A stretch of 63,165 nt of DNA, counting the filler, from Stramenopiles sp. TOSAG23-3 (taxonomy: Eukaryota): NCBI GenBank assembly GCA_900128585.1. It is 21 parts of 21 records of this genome, joined end to end, with 100 filler letters (N's around TTAATTAATTAA, not from the genome) between each part and the next. Parts side by side here need not be neighbours in the genome. Positions count along the whole stretch, not along the records: positions 57,278 to 60,173 come from LT644541.1; positions 60,274 to 63,165 come from LT644542.1; 19 more parts are not named here. One strand, given 5' to 3'. Shown here piece by piece: positions 58,785 through 63,165 of the stretch. Every line of letters starts with the position of its first letter. Within the stretch, counting starts at the first letter, position 1. Both the position numbers and the translations under genes were made by a program. Below the pieces are notes generated by a model. It was not told the DNA's origin. It did no database searches and worked only from the letters and a program-made list of their open reading frames with translations.

Positions 58785-60575
58785 ATTATTAACTATAAAG
58801 CATTATTCAGCCATGTTTTTAAATTAAAAATATGACTGGTGATATTTAGAATAGGGATTTTATTAAGATAGAAATACTAGAGAGACACAAAAACAACAAT
58901 GTTATTGTTTGCTGATATAATATTTAAAGTTTTATTTATTGTTATACTTATATAATATTTAGTTTCCCCTCTGCCTATATTTAAAAACGGTCCTTTTCGC
59001 CTTGCTGTGTCTATATCAAAAAGTGGACAAATTCGCCTCACTTTGTCCCAGTAGTAAAAACGACATGGGGTCTAATGGAATTCAGTGTAAAAATGCCTTT
59101 ATGAATAGCGCTAATTCTGGTTCCAAATTTGATAGAGACTACTAATTATTATTGTAGTTGTTACAAATTGTTATCTTATAAAACAATTATCCCGTGCTGT
59201 AGTCCAGGGACCAAAAATAACGAAATCAGGATTGATATACATTAAGGTATCTGTTATCTTACAAAAACTACAACACAAAATATACATAAAATAAAGATAA
59301 ACTAAATTGTAAAATAAAATAAAACCCATCATTTTCTGACTCATAAAATATATTCTAAGGGTTTTATGGATACATGGTATATCGATAAGGTCGTCTGATG
59401 ATGATGGACGCAAATACCTCTTTTCACGCTTTGTACTGTGTGCACTTGTTCATAAAATGATTTCTTTTCCCCTTTTTTCGTGCCAGGTCCTTAAAACCAC
59501 ACAAACACTTCATTTAAACGACTGCCAGACCCCTTAAATCAGCAGGGTCATCGTGCCGTGCCGTGCCGAAGATACCTCTAATATTGATATTGTACTTTGT
59601 AGTTAAACCTTAATATTTATTTTTCTCTGAAGGTCTGGCAACGACGATCAGGGTATTTCTACTTATTTAAGTACGATAAACAATACAACAAAGAAATAGG
59701 ACCAATAAAATATCATATTTAAATTTTTTTATAGTTAGTTACTAAAAATACAATTAATTGATATTTCCTTAATCGGATAATCGATCATCAAATTGTATTT
59801 CTTTCTATTTTGTGAGCCGAAACCAATGTTCTGAAATTGTTGTCCCAAGAATCCTATTGAGCTGACAACGAACGTTTGCCGAAAACAGCCTTTTTGTACA
59901 TACACACAGCAGGGTTTATTTCGACAAAATTACTTGTTTTATCCTAACAAACTTAATTTGATATAGTTTTCCTTAAACAAAATTGCATGACACAAGAGTA
60001 AAAAATACGTAATACTATTTATATATATTATTTTTTGTAAGGACCGAAAAAGTGTTTGTTCTGAATCTAGAACAATCACGTTGAAATGTTTTAAAAAAAA
60101 GAGTATTAAGGGATTTTACTACAAAATATATGATATGATTAAGTATGGAAATATACTACAAAATATTAATAGGNNNNNNNNNNNNNNNNNNNNNNNNNNN
60201 NNNNNNNNNNNNNNNNNTTAATTAATTAANNNNNNNNNNNNNNNNNNNNNNNNNNNNNNNNNNNNNNNNNNNNTAAACTAATAAATGTATAGTCTAGTTT
60301 ATATTAATATTGTATTGAGTTTAAATTGTTCACCTATCTAAATATCTAAAATGAAAATAAAGAACTGACTCCAATGTAATAATTACACACCCAAATGGTC
60401 CCAAATGGTAGCTAGACAGGACAGGATGGGCACATCTGGAGTTTCAATATTTTTTTGATTAAAATCCCCCTCTTCTCTATTTATATGGTTATAGTATAGA
60501 GTCTAATAAAAAATATGGCCAACCCTAATCCTATCTTGATGTTTTAATTTGAATTTTTAAATAATAATACAATTA

Positions 60576-61724
60576 TCACGGGAGTTTGTTCATTTCTATC
60601 GCTGAAACTTCGTTGTCGTTGTTGTTTTTGGTATTTTCCCTAACTTCTTTTTCGAATTCTATGTCACCATCTTGAAGACACGGGGAGTTTTCTAATGGTT
60701 TGACCAGTCCCCCGTCAGAGTCGCTTCCGCTTTCTTCTTCACAATCAGCGGCAATGTTTGGTATCTTCTTGATCGAGGCGTCTTGTAAGTCTCGGGCACA
60801 TGATTTGCAGACTGGACCATTCGGACCAATGACAGGATTTTGTTTTTTATGCTTATTTTGACAAGTGCCATGAGTGCATCTACGATCGATCGATTGAATA
60901 TCAATCGCTGCTTCTTCTCCTTCTTCCACTGTTTTAGGTTGTAGTTCTAATTGTGTCATTGTGATCGTCTTGGCTGCCACGGTGGAATGTTTCGCTACTT
61001 CTGGGCTAGCAGCACACATCGCGCAGCAAAAGTACACTCCCAACGGGGTTAAAAATATAGTCAACCAACGACCGGACTGGCACCATTCATTCATTTTTTC
61101 GCACTCCTCAAGAGATTTACAAGACAAGTCATAACTAGTTTTAATGTCACCGTACACAGAATGCAGTATACTGGCTGTACAACCTGGTGCTCCGCACACA
61201 TCATTGCAATACACACCATCAGAACAAAGTTCTTGGGATTGACACACTAGACCTGGTCCCGTGTTTGTAAATGCGTCAGAGCCTATGCTGGACACCGAAG
61301 CCGGAATCTTAACGAACGACAGTTTTTGACAGTCGTAGAAAGCGCGGTCGCCAATACTACGCAATCCGTCGCCACATACTCTACCGACTCTTTCCCTCGT
61401 CCCGTGCGACTCTATAGTCACAGTGGTAAGTGATTCACACCCTAGGAATGCCTCAAAACCAATATACGAAACTGAATCCGGAATAGTCACCGAGATAAGG
61501 GACTCGCAATTCATGAATTTCCTGTCTTCTACACGAGTCCAATTCGTAAGTTTTATGTGCCCATCATTTCCCTCGATCCATTCTTCAAGCTCTTCATTCT
61601 CCGTAGTCAAACCTCCACACAAAATCGGTTTTTTTCGTGTTGTGGTGTCCGGCCCAGCGTCTTGACAGACTACTTGACCATTCAAGGAGAAGGATATTAA
61701 GGCAAATAACACGATATAATGCAT
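60576..61724 (-). CDS. BspA-like (LRR_5) type I membrane protein
   Basis: Signal peptide from ATG 61724; 'SLISVTIPDSVSYIGFEAFLGCESL' and 'VKIPASVSSIGSDAF'; Cys-rich juxtamembrane region, TM segment, cytoplasmic tail. Confidence 0.82.
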   Translation of the reverse strand: MHYIVLFALISFSLNGQVVCQDAGPDTTTRKKPILCGGLTTENEELEEWIEGNDGHIKLTNWTRVEDRKFMNCESLISVTIPDSVSYIGFEAFLGCESLTTVTIESHGTRERVGRVCGDGLRSIGDRAFYDCQKLSFVKIPASVSSIGSDAFTNTGPGLVCQSQELCSDGVYCNDVCGAPGCTASILHSVYGDIKTSYDLSCKSLEECEKMNEWCQSGRWLTIFLTPLGVYFCCAMCAASPEVAKHSTVAAKTITMTQLELQPKTVEEGEEAAIDIQSIDRRCTHGTCQNKHKKQNPVIGPNGPVCKSCARDLQDASIKKIPNIAADCEEESGSDSDGGLVKPLENSPCLQDGDIEFEKEVRENTKNNNDNEVSAIEMNKLP

Positions 61725-62845
61725 GAAGAAGAAATGAAACTTTAAGAGGATAAATACTTTGAAGATAATAATTCTACGCAATCACGGGTGTTTTGTCGAG
61801 TGCATGTCCTGAGTGTGGTCCATTTGGAATCTGCGCGCGTTGCAATCCCAAAAATCGAATAGGTAATTATATTGAGATAAATATTTTTATAATAATTTTT
61901 TAATAATTTTAAAAAAATAAAAAAAAATATTAATGTTATACTGCTGCTGCGGCGGCGGCGTGTTGCTTGCTGTTTGGTGCTAAAATCATTTAGTAGATCT
62001 AGTGTTTATTAGACTAATGAATGTATAAATTGTCTCACGATCTCGATACCGGTAGTACCGGTAGCGGTCCGTCTGTCAACATATTACAAAAATTACAAAT
62101 ACTTGGTACAGAATTATACGAGGACCTCGTGGTAATTGTAATAAAAATTTTGAAGCATCGAAAAATAAAAAATATCTTACTAAAAGGTGTAGGTATTAAA
62201 ATACTGTGGGGCCTACTAAAATGAGGGATATAAAAGCCCAGTGGTGATGAGAGGGAGTGAAGAGTGAAGAGTTGGAGGAGGAAGGAAGGTTAAATTTATA
62301 GAAATGAATGAATGACATGAAACCGTCTTTCTTCTATGATATCCAATATACGAACTACGAGGACCTCGTAGTCCTAATATGGAAATATAATATAAAATAA
62401 GAAAACAGATTTTGTAGTTAAGACTGATTACTTCGTATACTACTGACTAGGACTAGGACACTAGGACTCCTCGTAGGACTAGGACTAGGACTACCTCCTC
62501 GTAGGTATATTATTATTATACGACCTTATGCTCTCTCATGTTTTAATTAAAATTGTGGCACATATACTAGAACTATATATAAATTATTTTATTATTATTA
62601 TTCATACTACTACGTTATATATTAATAATAATATACCATATATCATATTTGTTGTTGTTGTTGTGTAACGAAGTAATAAGTAGTTCTCATATTATTTTAA
62701 TAAAAAGAGGGAGCATATAAGTAATAACAAATACTTCTACCAATTATCAGCCACCGGATAGAAGGTAACGATGAACAGCGAATCGCCTTTTAAAGAAGAT
62801 GTTTCAAAGCATAACGCTGATTCTTGTCCTGTTTAGCGTTTGAAG

Positions 62846-63165
62846 TTATACCGACAACAGCGTTTTTAATAATACTGCAATGCCAAGGCGACGTTCCCCA
62901 CGGCCGGGGATGCCGCCACGGCCAACGCCTACGCCAGCGCCGCCTCGAACGGCCTCCTCGTCCACGTCCTCCTCCACGTTCAAGTCGACCCATAGAGTGC
63001 TGCGGAATGGCCGAGGGTATACCCCGTTTGCAGACGCTGAAGTGGCAATCATTAACGCAAACCCTGCCGCCCACCCGGCGACCCCATCGCTGCCCCCGAC
63101 CCCCCCGTCGACGGCGGCGTCGTCCGTGACGCAGTACACGCCGGACTCTTTTCTGTACAACTCGA
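62846..63165 (-). CDS. C-terminal fragment of an unknown protein
   Basis: GC-rich frame open from the window edge to a stop at 62846. Confidence 0.35.
   Translation of the reverse strand, partial: ELYRKESGVYCVTDDAAVDGGVGGSDGVAGWAAGFALMIATSASANGVYPRPFRSTLWVDLNVEEDVDEEAVRGGAGVGVGRGGIPGRGERRLGIAVLLKTLLSV

Noticed and set aside
1-63165. tRNA, rRNA or a non-standard genetic code
   Set aside because: No cloverleaf or rRNA-like stretch recognised; conserved genes translate with the standard code and end at TAA, TAG or TGA

Overview
This is not one locus. It is 21 unrelated eukaryotic contigs of about 2.9 kb, ordered by decreasing length and joined by an artificial 100-bp spacer (N44-TTAATTAATTAA-N44), so no synteny can be read across spacers. 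The genome is compact and intron-poor, with GC-rich coding regions and very AT-rich intergenic DNA. Gene content suggests a flagellated protist, probably a stramenopile from a single-cell or metagenome assembly (inference). Recognisable genes: PDCD5, an AIF-like flavoprotein, a frameshifted SLC13/DASS transporter, an ankyrin+F-box protein, a SAM-caspase-C2 fusion, a SAM+EF-hand protein, ZW10, a secreted Lys/Ser-rich repeat protein, an internally deleted Ty1/Copia polyprotein, a PKA/PRKX-like kinase with one intron, a FERM+IQ protein, a DUSP12/YVH1-like phosphatase, an ENT transporter, LRR proteins, an ATD/DTD2-type tRNA deacylase, PLAC8 and a BspA-like surface protein. The most notable signals are: (1) a ~30-bp non-coding element (TTAATTACTTAAATAACAGCCAATTTTCTTG) with 14 clear copies on six contigs, mostly just 3' of stop codons in a fixed orientation, often in inverted pairs and with other shared modules; (2) an ATD/DTD2 enzyme carrying an inserted CysRS-C-terminal-like module; (3) a SAM-caspase-C2CD3-like fusion; (4) a Copia ORF with integrase and RT deleted in frame. 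All family calls are from motif recognition by eye, not database searches.
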